DNA from: Callorhinchus milii
Lineage: Eukaryota
NCBI RefSeq assembly: GCF_018977255.1
Contig: NW_024704743.1
Location: forward strand, 3,660,001 to 3,724,000
Length of the DNA: 64,000 nucleotides
Direction of reading: 5' to 3'
The position numbers were made by a program, and so were the translations under genes. Below, in pieces: positions 12,351 to 24,690 of the stretch; position 1 is the stretch's first letter; every line of letters begins with the position of its first letter. Below the pieces are notes generated by a model. It saw only the letters and a program-made list of their open reading frames with translations. It was not told the DNA's origin and made no database searches.

Positions 12351-12550
12351 CCATCAAACCACACTGTTAATAAGCAATGAGAAGTTTTCAATAATCACCC
12401 TAATGATGGTGAAATTTTGCAGCTTTTTCATAAAGCGGTCAAGATGTGACAATTATCATTATCGGGCTCATTGTGAAATGCCACAAATTTCACCCCAGTG
12501 TGTGTTAATTGTGACTGATGACACTGCATTGCTAAATTACACTTGATTGG
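12351..12550. repeat. ~200-bp imperfect palindrome, MER121-like ancient element / candidate conserved non-coding element
   Basis: Symmetric arm pairs ggtgaaattt/aaatttcacc, agcaatg/cattgct, ccatcaa/ttgattgg around the centre tgacaattatca; family name from memory only. Confidence 0.55.
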
Positions 12551-12643
12551 GGGGCGTTTTACACTTTAGTGAGAAGTGAAAAGAATGAAAATTTAATCCT
12601 TCAGCGTTGCAGGGTTGCAGATTATATTATTACAGGACTACGT

Positions 12644-12835
12644 GGAGTCCTGTAGCCCAGTCATTAAAGCCCTCGCCTCGCAAGCGAGAGCACCTGGGTT
12701 TGATTCCCGAGTAGGGCGAAATTTTATGCGAGTTTCCTTACTCCACACGCCTCTGCTTACCTAGCAGTAAGTAGGAACCCGGGTTGCTAGTCGGTTGGGA
12801 GGGTTGGCTTTTCCGAGGGTAATAATTCCTTAAAA
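12644..12835 (+). mobile_element. Young SINE, 5' half
   Basis: ggagtcctgtagc...ctcgcctcgcaagcgagag...gtttgattccc...ctagcagtaagtaggaaccc. Confidence 0.9.
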
Positions 12836-13164
12836 AATGTATTATTGCATACTTAAAATGCTGGACGTTGCGAAGAGACCTTCTGTTGCAATCCGTGCAC
12901 ATAGTGGAGCACAGAAATCTCTCCTGTTACCACGGCACGCTTCAAGGGTCATCAGCTCTGCGGAGCTAGAACCTGATCGTGTCCTGGACTAATGGTGCGC
13001 TCAAGCAAGCAATTTGGGAAGCACAAGACAAATAAAGCTTTATTACTGCTGTAGATAGCCTAGTACTGGGTGCTTTATGCTCTTTTGCTTACAGGGGGAA
13101 AACATAATATCAATAGGGGACGATTCTCTTTCTCCGCCAACCCCTTCTCCTCCTCCAGCAGCTT

Positions 13165-13355
13165 TATTAATCATAATCATAATAATAATAATCCCTGCAT
13201 TTGATATAGCACCTTATCACATGGTTGAGACGTCTCAAACTGTTTCGCAGAATGCGTTGTAAAGTGGATCGATTGTGGGCGAAACTCAGCAGCCAATTGC
13301 GCACAGCAGCGTTCCACAAACAGTCGTGAAGCGAGTGAGCAATTTTATTTTTTTA
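13165..13355 (-). mobile_element. Young SINE, 3' half
   Basis: (aat)n-ccctgcatttgatatagc...agccaattgcgcacagcagcg. Confidence 0.85.
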
Positions 13356-13958
13356 TGGGGGGTGGGGAGAGAGGAAAATAAACCATGTCTCTAATATCCT
13401 TAGCAAAAAAAGAAATACTGACTCAAGCAGGTTCTTTTGGAATTTCAGCTATTTAAGGAAGAGTCCGACTGGTTGAAGTGACAATATTTAAGCTGGCCAT
13501 CTGTAGGAAGGTTGTGACATTGTACATTTCTCCGGCATTGCTAATGCAGCAGTTTTGATAATAATGCCTCCAATCCCGAGATCACTTTTCTGGACTGGCT
13601 GAGGAGGCGTTATTTCTGATCCAAAAGAAGTCATTTTTTAATCTTTTTTTTAAAAAAAACCAACGGTATTTAATTTCTTCTGAAAACGTTTGATATATGT
13701 ATATATACATTTTTTTTTTACTTTCTGGGCAAACACCGGTCAATTTTATGGTGTCCTTCGTGTACCTTGTCCGGACAGTCGTTATTCATGTGCGAATCTT
13801 GACAGTGAATGTCGGTCAGTTATTCGCCTGTTGGGGAATAGTGGGGGGAAGAGGGCATGTTACGGCCGTGTCTGATCCTACCCTCACCATAAAGTTTGCA
13901 AGTCCATCGGATCGGTTTGAATGAAGAAGATCCTTCTGCCCATCTGATCCTCTCCTGC

Positions 13959-14532
13959 GGAGCCCTGTAGCGTATTGGTTAGAGCACTCGCCTCGCAAGC
14001 GAGAGGACCCGGGTTTGATTCCCGGGCAGGGCGAAACATTGGACAAGTTTCCTTACTCCACACGCCTCTGTTTACCTAGCAGTGAGTAGGAACCCGGTTG
14101 TTAGTTGATTGGCGGATCGCTTTCCTGGGGTAATCATCCCTTTTTTTTAAAAAAAAGAAAAAATTTGGTCCTTTCTCCTGCAAATCTGATTTCTGACTCG
14201 AGTTTGCTTTTGTTCACCTTTGCTACCCTGTCCCCCTCTGCCACTATCTCACACCAAATTCTACCGAAACCTCCATGCGTGTCTTTGTGACCTCTCCCTG
14301 GACTTCTGAATTACACTCCTTTGCTGGTCTCTCTAGCTCCACGAAGTCCGACTTATGGCTGTTTGCGGGGCACTGCTGTGCGCATTTGTCTGCCGCGTTT
14401 CACCCACCGGAGGATACAGGAGGATACTGAAATGTCAACTCACATGACACAATTTACAGTATACTCTGTGAAGCACTTTGAGATGTTTGAATCACGTGAT
14501 AAGCAGCTATATCAAATGCAAGGATTATTATT
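13959..14532 (+). mobile_element. Young SINE 5' half and SINE 3' half separated by a ~180-bp L2 ORF2 fragment
   Basis: Head 13959-14165; L2-like gccactatctcacacc...gaaacc...tttgtgacctc at 14235-14335; tail atatcaaatgcaaggattattat. Confidence 0.75.
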
Positions 14533-15009
14533 TGATCGTATCCTCGGCCCAGAATACCCACCCTAATATCTTCCCATCGCAGAATTAAGCTATTTTGAAG
14601 CTCTTTGGCTATTGCTGCCTTCTTCCCCAGGATTGCTTGCTGAGCCATTATTCCTTTCTCTTTTTTAGTTGTTTCCCACATGTGCAAACCCTCAGGCAGA
14701 TATTAATCCTCTGTCGCTCTTTTTTCCTTGCAATTTGTATTGAAAACAGTGGGTCAGCATTTGCGCTGTTCCTCAACTCACTAGTTTCTTCCTTAACTTC
14801 TTAATTAACACCATCCTTAGGAATGAAGGAAGGAATCCATTTCGTAAATGTATTTCTGTCAGTTCAAGGTATGTTGTCATTTTTTGATTAGTGTTGTAAT
14901 TATGGTAAATCACTCCTGATTTTCCACTTCCAGTCTGGATTCCAGGTGCACTGATGTTTTATCTGCTTGCCTGTCAGACATCAAGATCTGGATTAGCCAT
15001 AATTACTTG

Positions 15010-15090
15010 CAATTATTATAACTATATATTTTATATAATATATAAATATACATGTATATTATATATATATACATACATATATATTTATAA
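15010..15090. repeat. AT-rich degenerate (TA)n tract
   Basis: tatatattttatataatatataaatatacatgtat... Confidence 0.7.
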
Positions 15091-15500
15091 CGGATCACTT
15101 TTCCGGGGGCTGTAATTCCATAAAAAAATAAAAAATCAATCCACGATTGTTTGTGGGACGCCGCTGTGCGCAATTGGCTACCACATTTCGCCCACAAAAT
15201 ACACAGTCAGTTCACTTTACAGTGTATTCTGTGAAGCGCTTTCAGACGTCTCGAAGACGTGATCAGGTGCTATATCAAATGCAAGTATTATTATTATTAT
15301 TATCATTATTCTACTCTGGAACGCCCTCCCTCTATCCCTTTCCTTTCCTCTCTCTCTACCCCTCTTTAAATGTCTTTCAGACCTGGTTTAAAACATACCT
15401 CTTCGACCCTGCATCTATCGTCACGTCCACTGCTCCCCTCTCCCCTGCTCAACGTCTGACCCATCATTGTCCTATGTGAAGGGCTCTGTGTAAATGCAAG
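15090..15500 (+). mobile_element. Young SINE 3' part followed by an L2 3' UTR fragment
   Basis: cggatcacttttccggggg...atcaaatgcaagtattatt; then ctctggaac...cctcttcgacc. Confidence 0.8.
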
Positions 15501-15956
15501 TTATATGCAGTGATATCTTCCTAATGGACATGATGTTGACAAGCGTCTAATTTAAAACTTTGAATTGAATGCCGGTCAAAAATGTCCCGGCCAAAAGTCA
15601 GAAGATAATTTATTACATCAGCATAAATACTCTACTGAGTGATTCTGCAAAGCAGAACTCAAAGCCCAGTCTAAAATAATGTTTCTGGACTCGAGTCTCT
15701 CCAACACCAAACAGATAAAACCTTCTCTCTGCTTCTGTCATCGGTTTTATTGATCAGATCCAAGTGACTTAACCTATTGTGAAAGCCACGTTTCCGTCCC
15801 CTTCAATACCGCCAGTGAAAGGCTTATACTCCCAAGATATTGTGAGCCAACAGCTCAAGCAAACAAATCCTTTTGTGTTGTTTGCGCGATCACGAGAGAA
15901 GATTTCATGAAGGAGGCCCTTCAGCTCATTTAATCTCATCCTTCCATAATCCATAC

Positions 15957-16005
15957 CTCTTGTGTCCGTACCCTTTTCCAGGAATCTGGAACATCCACTC
16001 GAGGG
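15957..16005 (-). other. Candidate exon (49 nt)
   Basis: Acceptor ttctgttttattgtcgtttcttcag| and donor gag|gtatgg. Confidence 0.2.
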
Positions 16006-16069
16006 CTGAAGAAACGACAATAAAACAGAAACCCATCCAGCTTTAAATTTTTAGTTTTGTTCCGATCAA

Positions 16070-16368
16070 ACAAACTTGCACGTGCAGTGTATCTGCCGTG
16101 CGCAATTGGCTGCCGCGTTTCGCCCACAAAATATACAGTCAACTCACTTTACAGTATATCACAGAACTTAATATCAGAACTTCCGACCCTAATGGTACGG
16201 TTATCTTAGATTGGCTTGGGCTCTGATAATAATGATCCTTGCACTCGATATAGTGCCTTATCACGTCTTCGAGACGTCTCAAAGCGCTTCACAGATATAC
16301 TGTAAAGTGAGTTGACTATATTTTGTGGGCAAAAAGACACAGCTGATGTACTGCATGTGCAAGTCTGT
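16070..16368. repeat. Inverted duplication containing SINE body plus non-SINE flank; minus-strand SINE tail at 16225-16293 in the spacer
   Basis: Arms 16070-16160 and 16294-16368 are reverse complements, including the non-SINE flank acttgcac.tgcagt. Confidence 0.75.
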
Positions 16369-16698
16369 ATATATAGCAAGTAAGTTCCATGTTGAAGGAG
16401 TGAGTTTGTTGTGCCAAAATGTCCGTACAAATCTGTAACTATCCATGAATACCCTGCACCAGTTCAAGTCACCTCACTCGTCCTTTCCTCCTCAGTGGTA
16501 TCTAACATAACATAACATGCCTAGAATCATAGAATAAAATAATAGAAATTTATAGCCCAGAAAAAGGCCATTCAGCCCACATAGTCTGCATCAGTTCTCA
16601 GAGTAAGGTGTTCATTCAATCCCGTTATTCTTATTTATTCTTATTATTTATGTATTATTTATTTATTATCATGATGTACTATTATTTATTTTATTATT

Positions 16699-16736
<38 letters not shown>

Positions 16737-17599
16737 CTGCCTATTCTGGAGGATGTTAAAGATCCCACGGCATTATTTGAAAAAACAGTTTCTCCGAGTG
16801 TCCTGGCCAGAAAACCCCCAAATAAAATTGATCATTCGCTTCATTCACTGTTTATCTGACATTGCTGCTCGCAAATCGAATGCTGCATTCACCTTCGGTC
16901 ACCGTACTTCACAGTAACATTCTGTGAAATGCAAGAATTATTATTATACAATACAATGCAATACAATACAGCAGCTCTGGGCACATTCCCAAGAAATGTT
17001 GTTAATATCGCAATAAAAGTTTTTTTAAAAAAAGTAAAAGTTTGTGACATTGATTTATCATCAAATATAATCTATAACCTTGACATGAGCCATTTTATAT
17101 TACTGGTTACCTGGTTCCATCTTAGATCGTGTATATGATAAGAAGACATTGTTAAATCTGTAGAAAATTGGGATCAACAATTCACTTCCGGAAATTGGGC
17201 TTTAATAATCTATTATTGTTGGACTATTAAAAAAAAATGATTGTGGAAACCCTGCAGAATGCTAGGAATCTGCTCCAAGAAAGAAAAATAGAAGACATTT
17301 GAGGGGAAATGGGGTAATCGATAAACCGAGGATACATTCTCACAGCCATTTATTAGTAATTGCCATTTGAGTAATCAATGGCTAATTGTGGCTTTTCGAA
17401 TACCATCACTTTTCTCGTTTCCCGTTCAGAGTTTTTCCTTTCGACGGTATATTTTTTAAAATTATTATTATTATAATACACTGGCGTGGATACAGCTGAA
17501 ATGGGACGTTGTATACACTACCACACATTAAAGAACACAAAAAAAATGGAACAAGGAAGGGATATTGGAGCCATTGAAGTCACACACCTTGTACAACTC

Positions 17600-17870
17600 A
17601 CTCTGGAACTCCATCCTTGGATCTCATCAGCTCGCTCCCTCGCTCCCTGTCTCCCCTCCTTCCCTGTCTCCCTCCCTCCCTCCTTGTCTCAGGACACACC
17701 TCTTTGACTTGCTCCCACCCTCACCTTCTCAACACCTACCTCTTTGATCGCAATTCTTTCCCCTCCCCACCACCCCCACTTGGCTCTCACCCGCAGCTCT
17801 GGTGCCAAGCCAGTACTGTTAAGCGCTTTGGGACTTCCTCCCGACGTGAAAGGCGCGATATAAATTTGTC
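17600..17870 (+). mobile_element. L2 3' end fragment
   Basis: ctctggaactccatcc...aagcgctttgggacttcctcccgacgtgaaaggcgcgatataaat. Confidence 0.75.
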
Positions 17871-18594
17871 AAGCAAACAGGCAAACGCAAAAAAAAAAAA
17901 ATTAGCGGTGCAAGCTGCGAGTAGCTGTGAAACGAGTGGATAAAATTTACAGAAAAAGGAGATGCCTTGAGAATAAGCCACTCATTATTTTCAGGGATTT
18001 CTTTGCGGTATCTTCTAAATAGCTATCTGTCGGCACAGGAAAGAATCTTACTCTCCAAGTGTAGATGACATTGCTACAGCGGCAACCGACTAATAAATCT
18101 ATTATATTGATCAACCTGGAAGCTCCCATTAGCAATTTCAGTATGAAACATCTGATCTGGATTGTGGTAAGATATAGGACTATAATAGCCGGGCAAAGTA
18201 ATGGATTGGACTGTCAAATATTGACTCGACATAACGGCACAGGAACTTCAGGTGACAGGAGATTCATGGACAGACGAGGTGCATTTGATACATTGGAAAA
18301 GCCACCAAATAAAATGCTGAGGTGCTTACCCAGTGCTAATAAGCTTGCAGCTTTTGAGGCTATCCAGGGAGATTTAAGGCAGGTTAGAGTGAAAGACAGT
18401 AATTAGATTCAGCAACCAGCGATAGTTTGAATTTGCCAGAGAAAAAAAATCGCGCCAACAATTTTCTAGAAATATGAGTTTACAGCAGGGTAATGAAACA
18501 GTAAATCATTTGCTGAGGATGTTTTGGCGCAGAAATGGGTTGCGGAGCTTCTGCTGCAAGAAGGCTCTGTTGCTTTGTTATTTAACGGTCCGTT

Positions 18595-18775
18595 CCCTCC
18601 GCTCAGCAGGCACCACGTTCCCCTGCCCGGCCCGACCCATCCCACCATCGGTGGCCGGGCCTTCAGTCTCTCTCTCTGCCCCAACTCCATCCCCCAGTCC
18701 CTTGGCCTCGCTTCCTCCATCGCCTCCTTCAAGGCACGTCTCAAGACCCTCCTCTTCGACCCTTCCTGCCGTCCA
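18595..18775 (+). mobile_element. L2 ORF2 C-terminal fragment
   Basis: PTIGGRAFSLS..PNSIPQSL.LASSIASFKARLKTLLFD. Confidence 0.85.
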
Positions 18776-20167
18776 ACCCTCCCTTAGCCCAATATGTGTG
18801 TGTATACGAAAGGAAAAATTAATTTGCTGATATATCTTTCTCAAGGAAAGGCAATTATTTCAGTCCAAGCTTGGTGTGGTGTGGCTATGGGCATCGGTTT
18901 TGGTCTGATGATGAGCAACAGCTTTTCAGTTAAATCCAACAATGTTTTTTCTGGATATTTGGAACAATTTCCAGAGCCTACCTTTCCCATGGGAGGCATT
19001 TCTTCCTTGCACGACTTCCTAGAATTGTCAGTAACGGTGCCGGTTCAGGACTTAAATGGGTCAGCAAAAAGTTAACATAGATCTTATTGGAGTTTAGGAG
19101 GAACCGCTCCTCGCAAAGTGTGGAACTCGCTGCTGGAAGTTGTGGTCGAAGAGAACAATTTCAAAGTATGCACGAGGATAACCCTGATGCAAAGCAGACT
19201 CGCTCGCAAGCCTACGGACATCTAATACTCTCTGGAATTAGGTAAGCAGGGTGTGTCGCTCCAAGGAGAGAGAATGCAAGCGCATTTCATTCCAAACATC
19301 CGGAAATTTCAATGTGGAAGTGGCATATTTAAATATATATATGTGTGTGGGTGAAATACTCAGTCTGGTTTGGATACTCTTAAGCTTAGGGGTGTGTGTT
19401 GGGTACTTGACTGACCAAAGAAACCCCAAATTTGGGGGAAAGATGGGTAAAAGTGAGGGGTTTAGGAGGGTTGGGGACTCTTATGGAGGATGACCTCTGG
19501 GTAGGGACCAGTTAGGCCGAATGGCCTGCTTCTGTGCCATTTCATTCCATGTCATTCTTTGTAAAGTGAAAGCACTGGGACACGATCAAGGTTCACCATC
19601 GCACATCACCAAATGATAATAATATCTCGCTTCAATACCCGTAAAGAGAATACCCTTCTCAGTCGCCAGTGGGAAAAAAAAACAGACACGTACTAGGTTA
19701 TTTAAACCTGTTCCTGTGTTTTTTTTTATTTTAATCATCGAGGGTTTCACTCAGAGACACTTTGGTTGAGCAGGGGAGAGACGTGGAATGCGAGCTCTCC
19801 ATCAGATACTTTGGTTTCCATAGCATCCCTGCTTGATTTATAATAAGATGTTAAGGGTATCTTCACGCTAAGGCTGAATTCCACCCCCCCCCCCCCCCCA
19901 CCACCACCACAGTTTCAAAGTGCAAGTGGGTGTCTCATGAAAGCACGGTCCGCGCAGGTGTGAGTGTGCTCGCAAAATAATATCACGTGGGCGGTTGCGG
20001 TATCGTATCTTGCTCAGCAAGTTAAAAAAACATCCAACCAAACCACAGTTAGTTACTGAATGAGGTTCTAAACATTCCAAGGCTATTTTGACAGTCAACT
20101 GAGGTGAACAATCTGATTCATAATAGGTTCGGGGTAATAAATTTGTTGCGAAAGGTCACTTTTTACG

Positions 20168-20440
20168 ATAATAATCGTTCCGTTTGATATAGCGCCTTAT
20201 CACGTCTTCGAGGCGTCTCAAAACCGCTTCACAGACTATACCGTAAAGCGAATTGGCTGTATATTTTTGTGGGTGAAACGCGACACAGCCCATAGCGCGC
20301 AGCAGCCTCCCACAAACAGTCGTGGATTCAGTCACAAAATTATTTTTATTTATTCATTTATTTTTTTTGAAGAGGTTATTACCGCCGCGAAAGCCATCCG
20401 ACAATTGACTAACAACCTACTCACTGCTAACAGGACTCCA
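20168..20440 (-). mobile_element. Young SINE with internal deletion
   Basis: tttgatatagcgccttatcacgtcttcgag...caattgactaacaacc...acaggactcc. Confidence 0.8.
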
Positions 20441-21789
20441 TTGTTACAGAACGACAATACTGATCATTAATTTGGTACAGCATTTTTCACGTCGAGAGGA
20501 TATTACTGCAAAGTGGAGTGACTGTGTTTTTTTTCTGGATGAACGCTGTACGTAGCAGTGTCACACAAGCAACTGTGAAGTGAATGACCAATTTTTAGTT
20601 TGGGGGATTGTTGCCCCTGACTTTTGCAATGGGATTCTTAATGTTAACATCTCATCCAAATGAAGCACACTTCCAGCAACGAAGCACATCCCTGCACTGC
20701 ATTGGAACATCAGCCTCGACTGTGTGCGTTCAAAGACCTGACATTGGGCTACAATACTATCGTGGCAATCGGAATATTACACAGTATTCTTCTAACATTT
20801 AGGTCTTTCCAATACTGTACTTTCCTGTTATTCCTATCAATGAAAATTGTGGATAATAACTTTTACTGAATACTACCTTCCGACGCCATACACTAACAGA
20901 CGCACAAATGCTGTTGAAAACGAGGCTAAATGGCATTTAAGTGTGACATATTGCATGTTGATAAATTGCACTTTGGCAATTAAAGAGATTTTCTATTTCT
21001 AAGAGTGAAATCTACAAACTGTGCTGGACCTACTGGCTCATGTGGCCTCATCCCACGATGCGCTATAGTTTTTAAGCTAAATATCTGCTAGCAATTGAGT
21101 GTTTTTGAGCCAAAATCTGTTTCCCAGCTTTACCTGACATTAAGCTCTCACTTATAGGAAATTGGATCGTGTGAGCTCCGTGGTTGTCACAACAAAGCAG
21201 TTTCGAGTTTTTGGACTGAAAAATCAAACGGCATCAATGATAATTTGCCTGCGCAGACACTAAAGATAAAAAAATATCTCTTCAGCGGGGGTCTGAATTT
21301 GACGTCATTAGATTTGCGGAGGAGTCTGCTTTTGAGTCATTCGAAATGCCCATCATCCGTTATCCTCACCAAACCTTTGATGCCTTTTACTTCCAAGCTA
21401 AAGACTGATGGAATCCTGCATTACCACTGTCATTTGCTGAACGCACTTTAGATAGCTGTTGAGGGAAGAGAGTGTTCCTTGCGATTTCTCACTTCTTTAT
21501 GAAAGGATAGCAGGGACTTATTTACACTCATCTCAAATTATCGTTGAGTCAGTTGCCGGTTGGCGAAGTTCACAAGCCGTAAAATTGAAAAGCTGCAAAT
21601 TGCCATCGGGGGAAATCCGGGTTGTGAATATCCTGCATCGCTGCAGTTTGTGATGGCTCTCTTTTTTGAAAGGGTCTAGTTGGGCCGAATGGTCTGTTCT
21701 GCGCTGCCAATATCATTCCACGTAATTCCGTAATTTTTAAGTGACAAAAAAATGTACCAGAGAAGCTTCGTATCTTCTCAAGGAAAGGT

Positions 21790-22310
21790 CAACTCGTCAC
21801 TTTTGAAAATGCGGCGTCCTGTGAAAGCAGGGCGGGAGGTGAAGAAGGAATTAGAACCGTGCGAGTGCGGTCCCACTAAGGTGGATGAGCGTAGAGGGAG
21901 GGTGGCGTGCTCGACTGTGTCGGATGCGGAGGTGAGGTCCAACAGGACGAGGAGGCAGAGGGAGCTCGGGTCACAGAGAGAGAGCGAGACAGAGAGAGAA
22001 AGAGGGAGAGAGAGAGAGGATGGCAGAGTTCAAACGGGACGGTAGTGCGTGAGGTTGAATCGATGGAGAGTAGGTTTGGTAATGAGGGGAGTGATGACAG
22101 CTGTTTGGAAGGGGAGGGGGAATTGAGACCAAAGGAGAGAGACGATTTTGTGGGGTCTGCCAGCAGTGGGCTGGGGAGGGGGGCAAAGAAGTGTAGATTG
22201 GGGCCTGTGGAAGGAACCATGGAAGCAGGAGAGGGTGATGGAGAAGGAATAGGTGGGTGGGGGTGGATGGGGGACATGGGGCAGAAGGAGGAGGAGGCCA
22301 GGTGGATGTT
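21790..22310 (-). mobile_element. Old L2 ORF2 internal fragment with a GA microsatellite at 21975-22020
   Basis: Reverse complement encodes [18 protein letters not shown] (RT), homologous to [18 protein letters not shown] of the 36-38 kb copy. Confidence 0.7.
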
Positions 22311-23029
22311 ATCTGTCTTGGAGATTAATAATAATAATAATAATAATCCTTGCATTTGAAATAGCACCTCATCACATCTTCGACACGTCCCCAAAGCCCT
22401 TTATATTGCTAAGTGAATTGACTGTATATTTTGTGGGCAAAAATATTATTATTATTATATGGAAGGGTGGGACTGTGCGTTCTTTCTGACACCCAAACCC
22501 TGCACCCATGACATTCCCAAACCCTTTGATGGAGCTAGTCAGCTACTGCCTATAATAGATATATTTTGGTGCCCTATCATAATAATGACTGTCGGGAACA
22601 CTCATGTAATCTACTCTAACAAGTGCATGAGGAAGATTGCCACATCCAAATATTTATTTAATGATGAATTCGGAAAAGGTCTAAGTTTGAATGAAATTCC
22701 TCCCCCTTTCTTTCCACCTCTTTGTCATTATAACAGCCTGCATCACCCACACACAATTACCTGCCACACATACTCTCCTAGAATTTTCCTCCTGGCCTTT
22801 TTTTTTTGCACAGACGCCAGCTGCTTCGAGAACAAACCTAGATGACTTGTTATCAAGGGCAAGACATGGATTGAAAATCGGCTCAAGGGGTAGAAGCAGA
22901 GGGTTGTTGTTAGGAGAGTCAGGTCAAAATGACGGCAAATATTAATCTGGCAGTATCACAGAGCACTTTACTGGGACTCTTCCTGTTCTTCATTTCATTA
23001 ATCATCTGTCTTTGCAGACCCAGTGCAAG

Positions 23030-23920
23030 ATAGACAGATTATTAACGAAATTTGCAGATGACGCCAAGTTGGAGGGGGCGGTTTGCGTTCTTGAAGGAGG
23101 CAGCAAAGGGCTTACAAAGAGAGCTGGATAAAGGATGCACCTGGGCTGATTACTGGCAAATGAAGTTCAATACAGATAAATGCAAAGTAATACATATATA
23201 TATATAGGATTCATGTACTCCAAGGGGTAAGTTGTAAGAGATCTAGAGGATTCTAGATGATTAGTTGATTCAGTGATAATCATGTCAAAGCAGTATGAGG
23301 CAGCAATAAACAAGGCAAATGAGACGCTGAATTATTTTGTTACATTGGTTATAATAATCATAATAATCCTTGCATTTGATGTAGTCTTCGAGACGTCTCA
23401 AAGCGCTTCACAGAATATACTGTAAAGTGAATTGACTGTATATTATGTGGGCAAAACGCGGCAGCCAATTGCGCACAGCAGCGTCCCACAGACAGTCGTG
23501 GATTGAAGTGATCAATTTATTATTTTTTTTGGAAGGAATTAGTACCCCCGGAAAAGCGATCTGTCAATTGAATAACAACCGGGTTCCTACTTACTGCTTG
23601 GTAAACAGAGGCGTGCGGAGTAAGGAAACTTGGCCAACATTTCGCCCTGCCCGGGAATCGAACCAAGGTCTCTCACTTGCGAGGCGAGTGCTCTAACCAC
23701 TGAGCCGAGTTCAGGTGCCCAGAAACCCTACTAAAACTGTACAAGACGTTAAATAGGATTGAGAAAGTACACCCAGAACAATACTTTTGGGATGCAACGA
23801 GAGAACAGCACAAGAGGAGCTAAAAAAAAAGTAAACGTAAGGGACTGCAGCATCAAATTAGCAAAGGACCCAAAGCATCAAATAGGCAAAGAAATCAGGA
23901 ATTGGTTGCCTCTAGAGAGT
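23030..23920 (+). mobile_element. CR1 RT and 3' fragments, interrupted by a SINE
   Basis: KFADDAKL and WQMKFNTDKCKVIH peptides typical of CR1 ORF2; degraded 3' part after 23740. Confidence 0.75.
23350..23707 (-). mobile_element. Young SINE, near full length, nested in CR1
   Basis: Tail, body and head (gcgaggcgagtgctctaaccactgagc) all present. Confidence 0.93.
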
Positions 23921-24589
23921 TCCTCCTTATCTAGTCTCGAAGTTACATTCTGTCAGTAGTGCCTACCGTCGAATCTAGTTAAAGTGTTTCAGCAGACACT
24001 TACAAAATCAGCCTGACAATAGAGGGAAAAGGTAAGAAAGAAACGAGCATTTCGATAAAAACTCTGTATGTATTTGTTTAAGGCGACTGGCGGAACTAAT
24101 GCTCCCAGAGATCTGTGACAAAAGCCTCTTGTTAGGATCTTGCAGTGAGCGAGGACAACAAATCAAGCACAGTTTCATGTCGGCGTTGACAAGACAAAGC
24201 TTTTATTAGCGTGGAAGCCGATCCCATTCTCCCCACAGACAATAAACTGACGTGTATATTGGCAGGTACATATGTACGTATCGGAGCAGAAAAACTCTTT
24301 CTCTCATTTAAAATGACAAAAGGAGACGCACGCGAAGATTTTTGATGCCTCCCATCAAAGACAGCGCTAAATACATCTCGTGAAAGAAGAAGGGAAAATG
24401 TGCGGTGCATTGCCTTGCGTCTTGTCTTTCAACTCGCAAGTACTGTAAACGGTGGCGGTCTGTTATGACACAGTGGTTGAGATCCATAAAATCCCAAATG
24501 TTCAGAGGCACGATGGGTGGTTTCAGTGTGGACAGTTGCAGTTGCCTGTCTCCACCTTCACGTCGGTCAAAGTTCCTGTGCTAAAGTAA

Positions 24590-24690
24590 ATAATAGCCAA
24601 CTTCCAGGTCATCAATCCAATGCCACTTTCTGTTTGCAAAGCAAGAAGTAACATTGGCAACAAAATGATGACCTGGAGTTTGTCATTTCT
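24590..24690. repeat. ~100-bp hairpin / palindrome
   Basis: tccaggtcatca/tgatgacctgga (12 bp perfect), ccaatg..actt/aagt..cattgg, centre tttgcaaa. Confidence 0.7.

Noticed and set aside
15147..15479. Family of similar short ORFs ([33 protein letters not shown]) as a peptide gene family
   Set aside because: Conceptual translations of the SINE 3' half; no consistent start, and copies differ in frame.
18065..18406. 113-aa ORF
   Set aside because: AFDTLEKPPNKML..KLAAFEAIQG resembles degraded CR1 RT; not a host exon.
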